A DNA stretch of 64,000 bases from an uncultured Dehalococcoidia bacterium (GCA_951813535.1 OX638345.1:2823158-2887157); one strand, 5' to 3'. Positions 1 through 8,915 are shown, counted from the first letter of the stretch. Made by a program: numbers and translations. Notes: generated from the sequence alone by a model not told the origin.

Positions 1-1
1 C

Positions 2-646
2 ACCTATGACGACGCGTATACCCCCGGCATCAACGGTCTCGTGGCCGGACGCCTGACCGAGCTGTTCAACCGTCCCGCCATCGCCTTGGCCCGCGCCGAC
101 GCGGACCACCTGGTCGCCAGCGCCCGCAGTACCGGCGATTTCAGCCTCATCAGCGCCATCTCCCAGTGCGAAGACCTGCTCGTCCGCTACGGTGGGCATC
201 AGGCCGCCGCCGGATTCACCGTGCGCAACGAAGATTACGCCGCTGTCGCCCATCGGTTGACGGGCATTGCCAACTCGGAAATCGGGCTGTTCGGACCCGA
301 ACCGTCCCTGGAAATCCACGCCGAAGGTGCCTTGGACGAACTTCTCGATCCCTCCATGGCCGAACTGTGCGCCCGCCTGGAACCCTTCGGCAAGGATAAC
401 CCGGTACCTCGTTATTTGACCCGAGGCGCCCGGGTGACCAATGCTGGCTACGTCGGTTCCAACGGCCGACACCTCAAATTGCGAGTCAGCAGCGGCGGGA
501 GTTCAATCGACGCCTTGGCCTGGAATTATCCGGGAGATTGGGGCGGTTATGAAACCGTTGACCTCGTCTTCCAACTGGCCGAGGACAGCTATCGCGGCGA
601 GCGTCGACCCTACCTCCGCATCGACGACCTCCGCCCGGCGGTATAA
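2..646 (+). CDS. recJ: single-stranded-DNA-specific exonuclease RecJ, C-terminal part (5' end outside window)
   Basis: Frame 2 is open from the window edge (TYDDAYTPGINGLVAGRLTELFNRP...). The GxxGxVAxRL-like and GGHQAAAGF motifs are typical of the RecJ DHHA1/C-terminal region. Stop TAA at 644-646. Confidence 0.8.
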   Translation, partial: TYDDAYTPGINGLVAGRLTELFNRPAIALARADADHLVASARSTGDFSLISAISQCEDLLVRYGGHQAAAGFTVRNEDYAAVAHRLTGIANSEIGLFGPEPSLEIHAEGALDELLDPSMAELCARLEPFGKDNPVPRYLTRGARVTNAGYVGSNGRHLKLRVSSGGSSIDALAWNYPGDWGGYETVDLVFQLAEDSYRGERRPYLRIDDLRPAV

Positions 647-677
647 TTGGCGGCAGCCGGAAGAAGGAGCGGCCCTA

Positions 678-1265
678 ATGACCCAGCCCGAAGCGAAACC
701 GCGCACCAAATTGACCAACGCCGACTACATGGCGATGACGCCACCGGCTAACTCCGGCCCTCGCTACCAACTCATCAACGGAGTGCTGATTGAAATGTCG
801 GGAGCCAGTGATGCCCATCAAGTGTTCCTGATGTGGTTGTGTTCCGGGTTGCTGTTGCAGGTGGAAGAATTGGGCATCGGCGAAATCCGCATCGCTCCCT
901 ATGACGTTCACATCGACGAGTTCAACACCTACCAGCCCGACTTGCTATTCGTATCTAACGCCCGGCGAAACATTTTCAACCCGGATGGCCGTGGTATCAC
1001 CGGCGCTCCCGACGTGGTTGTCGAAATCCTCTCCGATTCAACCCGCCGCCGCGACCTCAACGAGAAGCTGCCCGTCTACGCCGCCAACGGCGTCCACGAA
1101 ATCTGGATCGTCGACCTCGATGCCGCCACGGTAACCGTCCATTCCGGCGACGGCACCGCTTTCGCACCGGTCCGAACCTTCGCCGCCTCAGACACCCTCA
1201 CCTCCGATGCCATGCCCGGCGTCGCCGTTGATCTCGGCCCGATCTTCAACCGGGCCGTCCGCTGA
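678..1265 (+). CDS. Uma2 family (DUF820) PD-(D/E)xK putative endonuclease
   Basis: ATG at 678 follows GAAGGAG at 663-669. Motifs YQLINGVLIEMSG, QPDLLFV and APDVVVEILSDSTRRRDLNEKLPVYAANGVHEIWIVD match the Uma2 pattern. The longer track ORF from 441 overlaps recJ and is not needed. Confidence 0.8.
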   Translation: MTQPEAKPRTKLTNADYMAMTPPANSGPRYQLINGVLIEMSGASDAHQVFLMWLCSGLLLQVEELGIGEIRIAPYDVHIDEFNTYQPDLLFVSNARRNIFNPDGRGITGAPDVVVEILSDSTRRRDLNEKLPVYAANGVHEIWIVDLDAATVTVHSGDGTAFAPVRTFAASDTLTSDAMPGVAVDLGPIFNRAVR

Positions 1266-1286
1266 CCCGCCGCGCCAGCCCGTCCG

Positions 1287-2204
1287 TCAGTCTTCGTCCG
1301 TCCCCGCCCGAGCCGGAGCCCGCTCTGGCCGCCCGCGCTCCGGCCGCACCAACCGCGCCCGGTAGATCAACAACGGCACCGTCACCAGCATCACCGCCAG
1401 TGCCACCAGCTGCGCCTCGTTGAACCCGAAGATGTACGTGTTCTGTTCCTGCCGCACGAACGATATGAAGAAACGACCCGCCGAATAACCCGCGAAGAAC
1501 AGCGCGAACAGCATCCCCCTCGGTCGCACCCGGTCCTTCAGCCACCACAGTACTCCAGCCCAAATCAGGCAGAATATCAATTCGTAGGCCACCGCCGGAT
1601 GCGATGCCGGCCTGCCGAAACCCAGGCTTTCCGGGTTGGTATACACCCATGCCCAGGGCAGGTCGGAAAAACTCGACCAGTGCTCGCCGTTGATCACATC
1701 GCCAATCCGCCCAATCGCCAGCGCGATCAGCAACGCCGGCGCGGCCACATCTGCCAGATGTGACACCGGCGGCATTTGCGCCACCGCCCGGTGCATTCCC
1801 GTCCAACGCAAACCAGGGTTGTCGCAGAAGCTGGTCAACCACTGCGCGTTCCGAATCGTGATGTAGGCCGCGCCTCCGGCGAACCCGCCCAGATACGCTC
1901 CGAATATCGCAATCCCACCGTTCCAGAAATACAGGATCCGCGCCGGATTGTACTGGTACACGTCATCCCAGAAGTCGATCACGTGCAGTATCCGCGCGCC
2001 GATGATCCCGCCGATGATGCACCACGTCGCCACCGACAGGATCGCGTCGCCGTCAAGCCCGTCTCTCCGCCCCCACAGCCATGTCAGGTACACGGCGACC
2101 GCAACCGCGACAAAGGTGAAAAACCCGTGCCAGGACAGTATGAACCCGGCGGTGTTAATGATGTACGGACTAAAGGGTATGCTGATTACCGCAAGAATAT
2201 CCAT
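1287..2204 (-). CDS. lgt: prolipoprotein diacylglyceryl transferase
   Basis: Multi-pass membrane protein with Lgt motifs (WNGGIAIFGAYLGG, AIGRIGDVINGEHW, YELIFCLIWAGVLWWL). Confidence 0.88.
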   Translation of the reverse strand: MDILAVISIPFSPYIINTAGFILSWHGFFTFVAVAVAVYLTWLWGRRDGLDGDAILSVATWCIIGGIIGARILHVIDFWDDVYQYNPARILYFWNGGIAIFGAYLGGFAGGAAYITIRNAQWLTSFCDNPGLRWTGMHRAVAQMPPVSHLADVAAPALLIALAIGRIGDVINGEHWSSFSDLPWAWVYTNPESLGFGRPASHPAVAYELIFCLIWAGVLWWLKDRVRPRGMLFALFFAGYSAGRFFISFVRQEQNTYIFGFNEAQLVALAVMLVTVPLLIYRARLVRPERGRPERAPARAGTDED

Positions 2205-2268
2205 CGACGATTATCTTCTCCCTGACCTGCTATTTGTTCGGCATCGCTCCGCTCCCGGCCTGAACTCC

Positions 2269-2343
2269 GTCATTCCTGCCCTGACCGTCATTTGTCCTGA
2301 CCGTCATTCTTGTCCTGACCGTCATTCCTGCGAAAGCAGGAAC
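2269..2343. repeat. tandem 16-18 nt 'gtcatt..cctgacc' units (x3) ending in a gtcattcctgc-GAAA-gcaggaac hairpin (stem 2325-2342)
   Basis: Read directly: gtcattcctgccctgacc / gtcatttgtcctgacc / gtcattcttgtcctgacc / gtcattcctgcgaaagcaggaac. It gives the spurious 'PAFAGMTVRT' translation common to REP-like intergenic elements. Confidence 0.6.
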
Positions 2344-2464
2344 CCAGCCGGTCGCGCTCAATGCCTCCCCTACACGATACAGCTTCCTGGATGCCGCGTC
2401 TCCAACTCGGCGGATTTGATTCGGCGGCTGACCCGGAATCCTAAACGTTTTCAGGGGCCGCACT

Positions 2465-3358
2465 TCAATGGTTCTCCGTTTGCGCTGCGTGCCAACTCAT
2501 GGGCGAAAGCGTCCGCACAAGGTACGCCGCCGCGCCGGTGCCCTGCAAGGATTCGGACACCCGGATACGCTCACTTTCCGATGACGGCATGCAGTACACC
2601 GTGGGTCCCGCTCCGGATAGCCGAGGCGGATGCTCAGCAGTTTGCGTCACCGTATCCCATACGTCCGCCAGGCCTGGAAAGATCTCTCGTGCCGCCCTTT
2701 CAAATGCGTTGCAACAATCAGCCGACGTCAACGTCCCGCTGCCCAGGGTTCCCGCGATCGCCCGTGATTTGCCTCCGTCCGAAAAATGCTCAGGCCTCAG
2801 TCCCCGGTACATCGCGGGAGTCTTCGCCTCGATGCTCTCCGGCGGCACTACCAGCAACACATCGGTCGCCGGCAGCAGCGTTAGCGGAGTGATCTCGTCG
2901 CCGCGGCTGGTCCCCAACGCGGTGCCCCCATTCAGCAAAAACGGCACGTCGGAACCCAGGCCGGCGGCCACCCTCGCCAACTCCTCGCCCGACAGGCCAA
3001 GACACCACAACCGGTTCAGTCCTACCAGCGCCGCCGCCGCGTCCGCCGACCCTCCTCCCAGTCCCGCCGCCACGGGAATGCCCTTCTCGATGCGTATGTG
3101 CGCCCGTGGCACAACCCCGGCCCGTTCTGCCAACGCCGCCGCCGCCCGCCACGCCAGGTTGCCATCGCCCGATAGGTCCGGCCGGTCACACTCCACCACC
3201 AGTTCGTCAGCCGGGCCTATCACCAGCGTGTCCGCCAGATCCACCGTTTGCAGGATGGTCGCCACGTTATGGTAACCGTCGTCGCGCTTGCCGATCACCT
3301 CCAGCGTCAGGTTCACCTTGGCATAGGCCTTGAGTGTCAGCCGCTCGCACGCCATCAT
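2465..3358 (-). CDS. ispE: 4-diphosphocytidyl-2-C-methyl-D-erythritol kinase
   Basis: GHMP kinase motifs (KVNLTLEV, IPVAAGLGGGSADAAAAL, GSDVPFLL). Start ATGATG at 3358 lies 17 nt after the rsmA stop. The 108-codon N-terminal extension in the track ORF overlaps rsmA and is low-complexity. Confidence 0.88.
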   Translation of the reverse strand: MMACERLTLKAYAKVNLTLEVIGKRDDGYHNVATILQTVDLADTLVIGPADELVVECDRPDLSGDGNLAWRAAAALAERAGVVPRAHIRIEKGIPVAAGLGGGSADAAAALVGLNRLWCLGLSGEELARVAAGLGSDVPFLLNGGTALGTSRGDEITPLTLLPATDVLLVVPPESIEAKTPAMYRGLRPEHFSDGGKSRAIAGTLGSGTLTSADCCNAFERAAREIFPGLADVWDTVTQTAEHPPRLSGAGPTVYCMPSSESERIRVSESLQGTGAAAYLVRTLSPMSWHAAQTENH

Positions 3359-3375
3359 CGAACCCCGCCCGGATG

Positions 3376-4218
3376 CTACGCCGCCCGCGATCTCGGCGCT
3401 CCCGCCGGCCACGTCGCGTCCAGCGCCGCCCACTCGCCGATCCCCAGCGTCGCCGGCCGCCGCTGCGGATCGATACCGGCATCGTCCAGCGACTCTGCAA
3501 CCGTCTCCGCCGCCGCTCCGGTGCCCTGCATCAGCGAGTTGCGCAACTGCTTGCGCGGCGCGTTGAACCCGGCCCGAACCAGCGCGAAGAATGCCTCCCG
3601 ATCCGCCACCGCCGCTGCCGGTTCCGCGCGCACCGCCAGCTTCAGAACGGTGGAGGACACCTTGGGCGGCGGCCTGAAGCACCGCGCCGGTACCTGCGCT
3701 ACCACCGACGGTTCCGCGTAGAACTGCGTCGCCACCGAAAGCAGCGAGAACTCCCCCGGCTTGGCATTCATCGCATCCGCCACCTCCCGCTGCACCATCA
3801 CCACCAGCAGCGTCGGCGGCCTCACCGTCTCCAGAAACCGGCGCACAATCGGCGCGGCCGCGTAGTACGGCAGGTTCGCAACCACCTTGTACGCCATTCC
3901 CGGACCCACCAGCGCGTCGACGTCTATCTCCCGCCCGTCGCCCTGTACCACTTCCAGGTTCGACGGGAACCCCAGCCTCTCCGGCAATTCCGCGCCCAAC
4001 CGCTGGTCCAATTCCACCGTGACGACTCTGCCCGCCTGCTCCACCATTCGCCGGGTCAACACTCCCGACCCCGGCCCGATCTCCAGCGCCGTGTCCGATC
4101 CGTCCAGCTCGGCAGCCGCAACGATCCGGTTGGCGATCCTGGCGTCCACCAGGAAGTGCTGCCCCAGCGACTTCCGCCGCCGGCGCATGGGATTTTGGGG
4201 CACTGCGGCTCTCGACAT
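3376..4218 (-). CDS. rsmA: 16S rRNA (adenine1518/1519-N6)-dimethyltransferase
   Basis: KSLGQHFLVD, EIGPGSGVLT and ANLPYY motifs of KsgA/RsmA. Confidence 0.92.
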   Translation of the reverse strand: MSRAAVPQNPMRRRRKSLGQHFLVDARIANRIVAAAELDGSDTALEIGPGSGVLTRRMVEQAGRVVTVELDQRLGAELPERLGFPSNLEVVQGDGREIDVDALVGPGMAYKVVANLPYYAAAPIVRRFLETVRPPTLLVVMVQREVADAMNAKPGEFSLLSVATQFYAEPSVVAQVPARCFRPPPKVSSTVLKLAVRAEPAAAVADREAFFALVRAGFNAPRKQLRNSLMQGTGAAAETVAESLDDAGIDPQRRPATLGIGEWAALDATWPAGAPRSRAA

Positions 4219-4270
4219 GCTGATGCGTTAACGCGCGCCCACTATGGGTGGCGCATCAAATTCAGGGCTT

Positions 4271-4362
4271 TCAGGATTGCCGGATTGGCAGGATTGTGAC
4301 CATTTGAGGCAGAGCGCTCCTAATCCTGATAATCCATAAATCCGGTAAATCCTGATTCTGAC
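4271..4362. repeat. heptamer-based inverted-repeat element (copy A)
   Basis: Left arm tcaggattgccggattggcaggatt (4271-4295) is an imperfect reverse complement of right arm aatcctgataatccataaatccggtaaatcctgattctgac (4322-4362). The right arm is 37/41 identical to 6580-6620. Confidence 0.55.
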
Positions 4363-4706
4363 GACGCCACTGAGGCTGACACGGGGTTGCCAAAATCCTG
4401 GCTCGAATGCCTGAGTTAGAATCAAAAAAGTGGCCGAGCACCTCCCGTTGGCTGCAGCCTGGGGGCATATCGTCGGGATTGGCTCAGGCCAGGCACTCCC
4501 ACGGCACTCGCGGGACATCGCTTACCGTTGCTGCCGTCAAGCCCTGGCGGAGTTCGCGAGCCTGCGCCGCGTGGGACCCGGCCGTCAGCGCCATTCCCTG
4601 GGAAATTGGCCCTTGCGCCTTGCCGAGGGGAGGAATTCCACCCCGCTGTGGCGGGTTGCGGGTTCAGGGCACCGCCAGCTCCCCGTGTAGCACGACCACT
4701 CCAAAC

Positions 4707-4735
4707 ATGGTATGCCCACCCCCAAACCCTGTCAA
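4707..4735 (-). promoter_or_regulatory. putative sigma70-type promoter (TTGACA-17 nt-TACCAT) firing toward the 4219-4700 gap and rsmA
   Basis: The minus strand reads TTGACA (4735-4730), a 17-nt spacer, then TACCAT (4712-4707). Sequence match only. Confidence 0.3.
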
Positions 4736-4758
4736 TCCGAGTCGGATCCGCAGGTGTC

Positions 4759-5457
4759 TCACCGGTTGGAGTCACCGGACCCCGACGCGACCAACCTCCT
4801 CACATCGTCGGTCGTCAATTCGAAAGGAGCCCCAGACCCGGCAACCGGCTTGAGATCCATGTCTCTCAAAGCGTTGCGGTAGAACTGGTCAGTCAGAAAT
4901 GAGAACCTGCCCCGCTCGTCTACCAGCGCGACCTCCAATCCGTCCGGCGTTCTCCAGATCCTGGTCTCCGGGTCGTCCGGATGGCGCGATCTCGAGTGCC
5001 GCAGGTTCAGGAACAGGCTATAGATTTCGCCTCGGGCGAGCGGCGCAACCACCCGAGGGATGAACTGTCGCAGTTCGGTCACCGGATCGACCCTGGTATA
5101 CCCGGCACTCCACCCCACGTAAATGCTGTCGCCCGGTTCGAAATCGCCCTTCAAAGACTCCACCACTTCGAACCGCCTGTACACGTCTGTGTGCGACTGT
5201 ACGACAGCGGGGTCCCGCGATGGGTCGGGAATTTCGTAGTCCGCTTCGTCCGCGTACCGAGCCAGGACGATCTGCTCGGAGTGCTCCACCAGGTTTTCGG
5301 CCGTCACATGCACGAACCAGTCCTTGTGCGTACCGCCGAGCCCAATCATGAAGGGATTCACCACGATCCAAATTGCTGCCCCAGTCACCACCAGGACACA
5401 CGCCGTGATCACACCGGACCGCATCCTGCGTCTGCGGAGTTCACGCATTGCCCACAC
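4759..5457 (-). CDS. hypothetical membrane-anchored protein
   Basis: 232-aa ORF with Arg-rich N-terminus followed by one hydrophobic helix (VITACVLVVTGAAIWIVV). No family motif recognised. Confidence 0.55.
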   Translation of the reverse strand: MWAMRELRRRRMRSGVITACVLVVTGAAIWIVVNPFMIGLGGTHKDWFVHVTAENLVEHSEQIVLARYADEADYEIPDPSRDPAVVQSHTDVYRRFEVVESLKGDFEPGDSIYVGWSAGYTRVDPVTELRQFIPRVVAPLARGEIYSLFLNLRHSRSRHPDDPETRIWRTPDGLEVALVDERGRFSFLTDQFYRNALRDMDLKPVAGSGAPFELTTDDVRRLVASGSGDSNR

Positions 5458-5574
5458 CCCGAGCGTCGGCCTTGATCGTCAAGGTGCCTCACGCGGAAAA
5501 AGCAAAATGCCGGGCAGTTTCCCGCCCGGCATCGCCGTTTCTAGCTATTTCGCCGTCTCGCGTCAGGCAAATCC

Positions 5575-6486
5575 CTACGCGCTCGGTGGCGGCGCCGGCG
5601 CCGGATTGTACAGCTCGACCCCAATCGTCGCCGGGAACACCCCCGCCAACTCATCCACCGTCCACCGGCTGTCCTTGCGGATCGTCTTCACCGGCTCCGG
5701 CTCGTTCATCAGGCTGACCAACCCGCCGGTCACGTGGAACACGTGGCCGTTCACGTGTTGCGCCTCGTCCGAAGCCAGCCACGTCACCATCGGAGCAACG
5801 TCCTCAGCCTCGCCGCGCAATCCCCCGCCGGCCGCGATGCCCCGCGCCGACCGCAGCGCCCGCGCCTCGTCCGGCACGCTGGTCGTCATCCGCGTGCTCG
5901 CCGCGGGCGAAATCGCGTTCGCCGTGACGCCGTAGCGTCCCAGGTCCCGCGCGCAAACCCGCGTGAACCCGGCAATGCCGTCCTTGGCCGCGCCATAGTT
6001 AGCCTGCCCGCTGTTGCCGTACAGGCCGGAGGTGCTGCTGAACGTGATGATCCGACCCGACCGCTGCTGCCGGAACAGGATGCTCGCGTGCTTCACCACC
6101 GTGAACGTCCCCTTCAGGTGCACCGCGATCACGTCGTCCCATTCCTCTTCGGTCATGTTGAACACCATGCGGTCGCGCAGGATCCCCGCCACCGTCACCA
6201 CGATGTCCAGCTTGCCGAAGTTGTCCACGGCCGTCTGCACGATCTTCTCGCCGCCGTCCATGGTGGCCACCGATTCCGTGCACGCCACGGCGGTGCCGCC
6301 CGATTCCCCGATCTCGTTGACCACCTGCTGCGCCACCGAGATGTCAGCTCCGGTGCCGTCCACGTTCACGCCCAGATCGCAGACCACGACCCTCGCGCCT
6401 TCCGCCGCCATCAGTTTGGCGACGCCGCGCCCGATGCCGCGCCCGGCTCCCGTTACGATTGCTACCTTGTCTTCCAGTAGGGGCAT
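5575..6486 (-). CDS. SDR family oxidoreductase, MFE-2/Hsd4A-like (3-hydroxyacyl-CoA dehydrogenase type)
   Basis: TGAGRGIGRG cofactor motif and YGAAK catalytic motif. About 78% identical over the first ~200 aa to the adjacent paralog at 6648-7583. Confidence 0.88.
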   Translation of the reverse strand: MPLLEDKVAIVTGAGRGIGRGVAKLMAAEGARVVVCDLGVNVDGTGADISVAQQVVNEIGESGGTAVACTESVATMDGGEKIVQTAVDNFGKLDIVVTVAGILRDRMVFNMTEEEWDDVIAVHLKGTFTVVKHASILFRQQRSGRIITFSSTSGLYGNSGQANYGAAKDGIAGFTRVCARDLGRYGVTANAISPAASTRMTTSVPDEARALRSARGIAAGGGLRGEAEDVAPMVTWLASDEAQHVNGHVFHVTGGLVSLMNEPEPVKTIRKDSRWTVDELAGVFPATIGVELYNPAPAPPPSA

Positions 6487-6540
6487 TGTTCAGTCCTTAT
6501 ATGATATGCGCGATCAGCATCGCGATTTACACCGCTTGGG

Positions 6541-6620
6541 AATTTTCAGGTTTGAATCCCGCCATACCGGACAACAACCAATCCTGAAAATCCTTCAATC
6601 CGGCAAATCCTGATTCTGAC
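6541..6620. repeat. heptamer-based element (copy B)
   Basis: aatcctgaaaatccttcaatccggcaaatcctgattctgac (6580-6620) matches copy A at 37/41 positions. A degenerate inverted arm (ttttcaggtttgaatcc) lies at 6543-6559. Confidence 0.55.
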
Positions 6621-6647
6621 AATCTCGAAAGCTGACGAGCCAGGTCG

Positions 6648-7583
6648 TTACCGTTGCTGCGCCGGCGCCGGATTCGGAATGCCGGCCGTCAGATAGCCGC
6701 GGGCCTGTGCGGAAAGGTCATCCATCTCCCAGTGTCCCGCTTCCGTCCAGATCGCCTTTTCCGGTCGCGGCTGCGACATCAGCGACACTGTGTTGCCATA
6801 CACCAGGAACGTCTGCCCGTTGATGTTGGCCGCATAGTCCGAGCACAGGTAGGCAACGAACGGGGCAATCCCGTCCGGATCCAGGTCCTGCACCGCGCTG
6901 TCGTCTCCCCCGTCACCCGAGAGGGATGCCACTCCGCCCCGCGCCCGGATCTCCGCCGCCGATTCGGGTATCGCTCCGATCATCCGCGTGGTCGCCCGTG
7001 GCGCGATCGAGTTCGCCGTCACGCCGTACCGGCCCATGTCCTTGGCCACCACCTTGGTGAACCCGGCAATGCCGCTCTTGGCCGCCCCGTAGTTGGCCTG
7101 GCCGCTGTTGCCCACCAAACCGGACTGGCTGCTGAATGTGATCACCCGACCCGATCGCTGCTGCCGGAACAGGATGCACGCGTGCTTGACCACCGTGAAC
7201 GTTCCCTTCAGGTGGACCGCGAGCACGTCGTCCCACTCCTGCTCCGTCATGTTGAAGATCATGCGGTCGCGCAAAATCCCGGCGCAGCAGACCACGATGT
7301 CCAGCCGCCCGAAGTTGTCGATGGCCGTCTGCACGATCCGCTCGCCGCCGTCCATGGTCGCCACCGACTCGGTGCAAGCCACGGCGGTTCCGCCGGCGTC
7401 TCGGATCTCGCCGACCACGACCTCCGCGATCGATTGGTCGAACCCGGTGCCGTCAACGTTGACCCCCGGATCGACCACCACCACTTTGGCGCCTTCTTCC
7501 GCCATCAGCTTTGCGATCCCCCGGCCCACGCCGCGGCCCGAGCCGGTGACGATCGCTACCTTTCCTTCCAGATTGTTGGGCAT
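6648..7583 (-). CDS. SDR family oxidoreductase, MFE-2/Hsd4A-like (tandem paralog)
   Basis: TGSGRGVGRG and YGAAK motifs. Tandem duplicate of 5575-6486. Confidence 0.88.
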   Translation of the reverse strand: MPNNLEGKVAIVTGSGRGVGRGIAKLMAEEGAKVVVVDPGVNVDGTGFDQSIAEVVVGEIRDAGGTAVACTESVATMDGGERIVQTAIDNFGRLDIVVCCAGILRDRMIFNMTEQEWDDVLAVHLKGTFTVVKHACILFRQQRSGRVITFSSQSGLVGNSGQANYGAAKSGIAGFTKVVAKDMGRYGVTANSIAPRATTRMIGAIPESAAEIRARGGVASLSGDGGDDSAVQDLDPDGIAPFVAYLCSDYAANINGQTFLVYGNTVSLMSQPRPEKAIWTEAGHWEMDDLSAQARGYLTAGIPNPAPAQQR

Positions 7584-7644
7584 AGTCGATTGATCCTTTC
7601 TATGAATTCGGTTCTTGGCGGCCGCTATACGCGGCGCGCGCCGG

Positions 7645-8079
7645 TTACCTGTTGCGGGCCGGCAGCGCCACCGTCGCTGTCCCCGGCGTGGTCTGCTGAC
7701 CCTGCGGGTTCTCCAGCCAGATGGTGCAGTCGACGAGGTTCTGCTCGCCTTCCTGGTACACCCGGCTAACGTGTCCCTTGGCCGTGATGGGTTCGTTGGG
7801 AAAGTCCATGCCCCGGTACTGGCAGGTCAGCCGCCGCAGCGTGGATCCCGGGCCAGCCCAACCCGTCACGTACGCCCCGAGCATCGCGTTCTTCAGCGCA
7901 CCGTGGATGATGATCCCCGGCAGCCCGATGCTCTCCGCGTAGGGCTTGTCGTAATGGATTTCGTAAAAGTCGCCTGATGCTCCGGCGTATTGCACCAGTT
8001 GTCGCGTGGTGGGTTCCCTCACCTCGACCGGCAACTCCATGCCCTCGCTGACGTCTTCAAAGTAAATCTGCTGGCCCAT
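7645..8079 (-). CDS. MaoC-like (R)-specific enoyl-CoA hydratase, C-terminal-type hotdog subunit
   Basis: YAGASGDFYEIHYD and PGIIIHGAL hotdog/MaoC motifs. ATG at 8079 is preceded by GAGGAG. Confidence 0.85.
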   Translation of the reverse strand: MGQQIYFEDVSEGMELPVEVREPTTRQLVQYAGASGDFYEIHYDKPYAESIGLPGIIIHGALKNAMLGAYVTGWAGPGSTLRRLTCQYRGMDFPNEPITAKGHVSRVYQEGEQNLVDCTIWLENPQGQQTTPGTATVALPARNR

Positions 8080-8163
8080 GTTGCTCCTCTCAATGTCATT
8101 GCGACGCCGTACTCGATGCGGGGGTGGCAATCTCGGCGCCGCGCGGCTGTCACCGGTCGACGA

Positions 8164-8610
8164 TCAGTGCCTTATGGACGTGCTGGTTTGCGTCGCCACG
8201 ACCGCTCCGGTCTGATTCCGGTACGTGACCTTGATCGTCGTGATGATCATCTGCCCTATGCTGCCGGTCCGCTCCCGGATGTCCTCGACCCTGCCCACCG
8301 CCGTGATCACGTCACCGGGCCGCACGTGCTCGAAGTACTCCCAGTCGCTGCCCCCGTCCAACAGCCGTGTGAACGGAATTTCAAAGGGCAACTCTGGTCG
8401 CACCGCCCGCATCGCCCTCAGGAACGTCGGCGGCGCCACAATGCCGCCGGTCTCCGGCGTGCCTTCGGTGTACGCCGGGTTATCGTCCCCGATGGCTTCG
8501 GCAAACCGGGCAATGTGTCCCTTCTCGACGTCGGTCGTGGTGGGCGCACTTTCGACGCCGATCGCCTGCTCGCGCATCTCGTCGGTGAGGGTGAAAGAGT
8601 TGGTGGACAA
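8164..8610 (-). CDS. MaoC N-terminal-type (FAS1-like) hotdog subunit
   Basis: IARFAEAIGDDNPAYT and APPTF motifs. TTG at 8610 lies 6 nt after GGAGG (8617-8621 on plus). The longest ORF would start at ATG 8667. Confidence 0.72.
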   Translation of the reverse strand: MSTNSFTLTDEMREQAIGVESAPTTTDVEKGHIARFAEAIGDDNPAYTEGTPETGGIVAPPTFLRAMRAVRPELPFEIPFTRLLDGGSDWEYFEHVRPGDVITAVGRVEDIRERTGSIGQMIITTIKVTYRNQTGAVVATQTSTSIRH

Positions 8611-8676
8611 TGAAAACCTCCGGCCCGCTCGCTTCTCCGGGACATCGCCTCGGGCAGCGGGTTTCAAGACTCGGAA

Positions 8677-8705
8677 ATTATGGTACGGGCCGGGGCGGGT
8701 GTCAA
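8677..8705 (-). promoter_or_regulatory. putative sigma70-type promoter (TTGACA-17 nt-CATAAT) for the hotdog-hotdog-SDR-SDR operon
   Basis: The minus strand reads TTGACA (8705-8700), spacer cccgccccggcccgtac (17 nt), then CATAAT (8682-8677). It lies about 60-70 nt upstream of the proposed start. Confidence 0.45.
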
Positions 8706-8867
8706 GAATATTCTGCGCCGCAAGCCGGCTCCGTCAATCGCACCCAAAAATCCTTACCGGAACCGCCACTCCGCTTACGACATCTATTCGTATCCTCGTC
8801 CCAACCTGATCATCCGCAAACCATCGCCCCTGATCTCCTTCCTCCCCGTCACGCCGGCCTCCCACTC

Positions 8868-8915
8868 TCCGTCGTCCCTGCGCAAGAACGTCACCCCGTA
8901 CTTGATACGGGGCAG
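8868..8915. repeat. REP-like element related to 2321-2343, with ccccgta-cttga-tacgggg hairpin (8894-8912)
   Basis: ccgtcgtccctgcgcaagaacg resembles ccgtcattcctgcgaaagcagg at 2319-2340, and is followed by a 7-bp stem hairpin. Confidence 0.45.

Noticed and set aside
2269-2343. CRISPR array
   Set aside because: The units are 16-18 nt and directly abutting, with no spacers. There are no cas genes in the window.
2465-3682. 405-aa version of ispE
   Set aside because: The first 108 codons are Gly/Arg/Ala-rich and overlap the 3' end of rsmA. Conserved IspE sequence begins at MMACERL (3358).
4381-4758. tRNA, tRNA-Sec or another housekeeping RNA in the long gap (also 6541-6579, which contains ttcaaa on the minus strand)
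   Set aside because: I found no GTTCGAnTC T-loop, no acceptor/T-arm pairing, and no complementary anticodon stem around the ttcaaa. No RNase P, SRP or tmRNA signature strings were seen.
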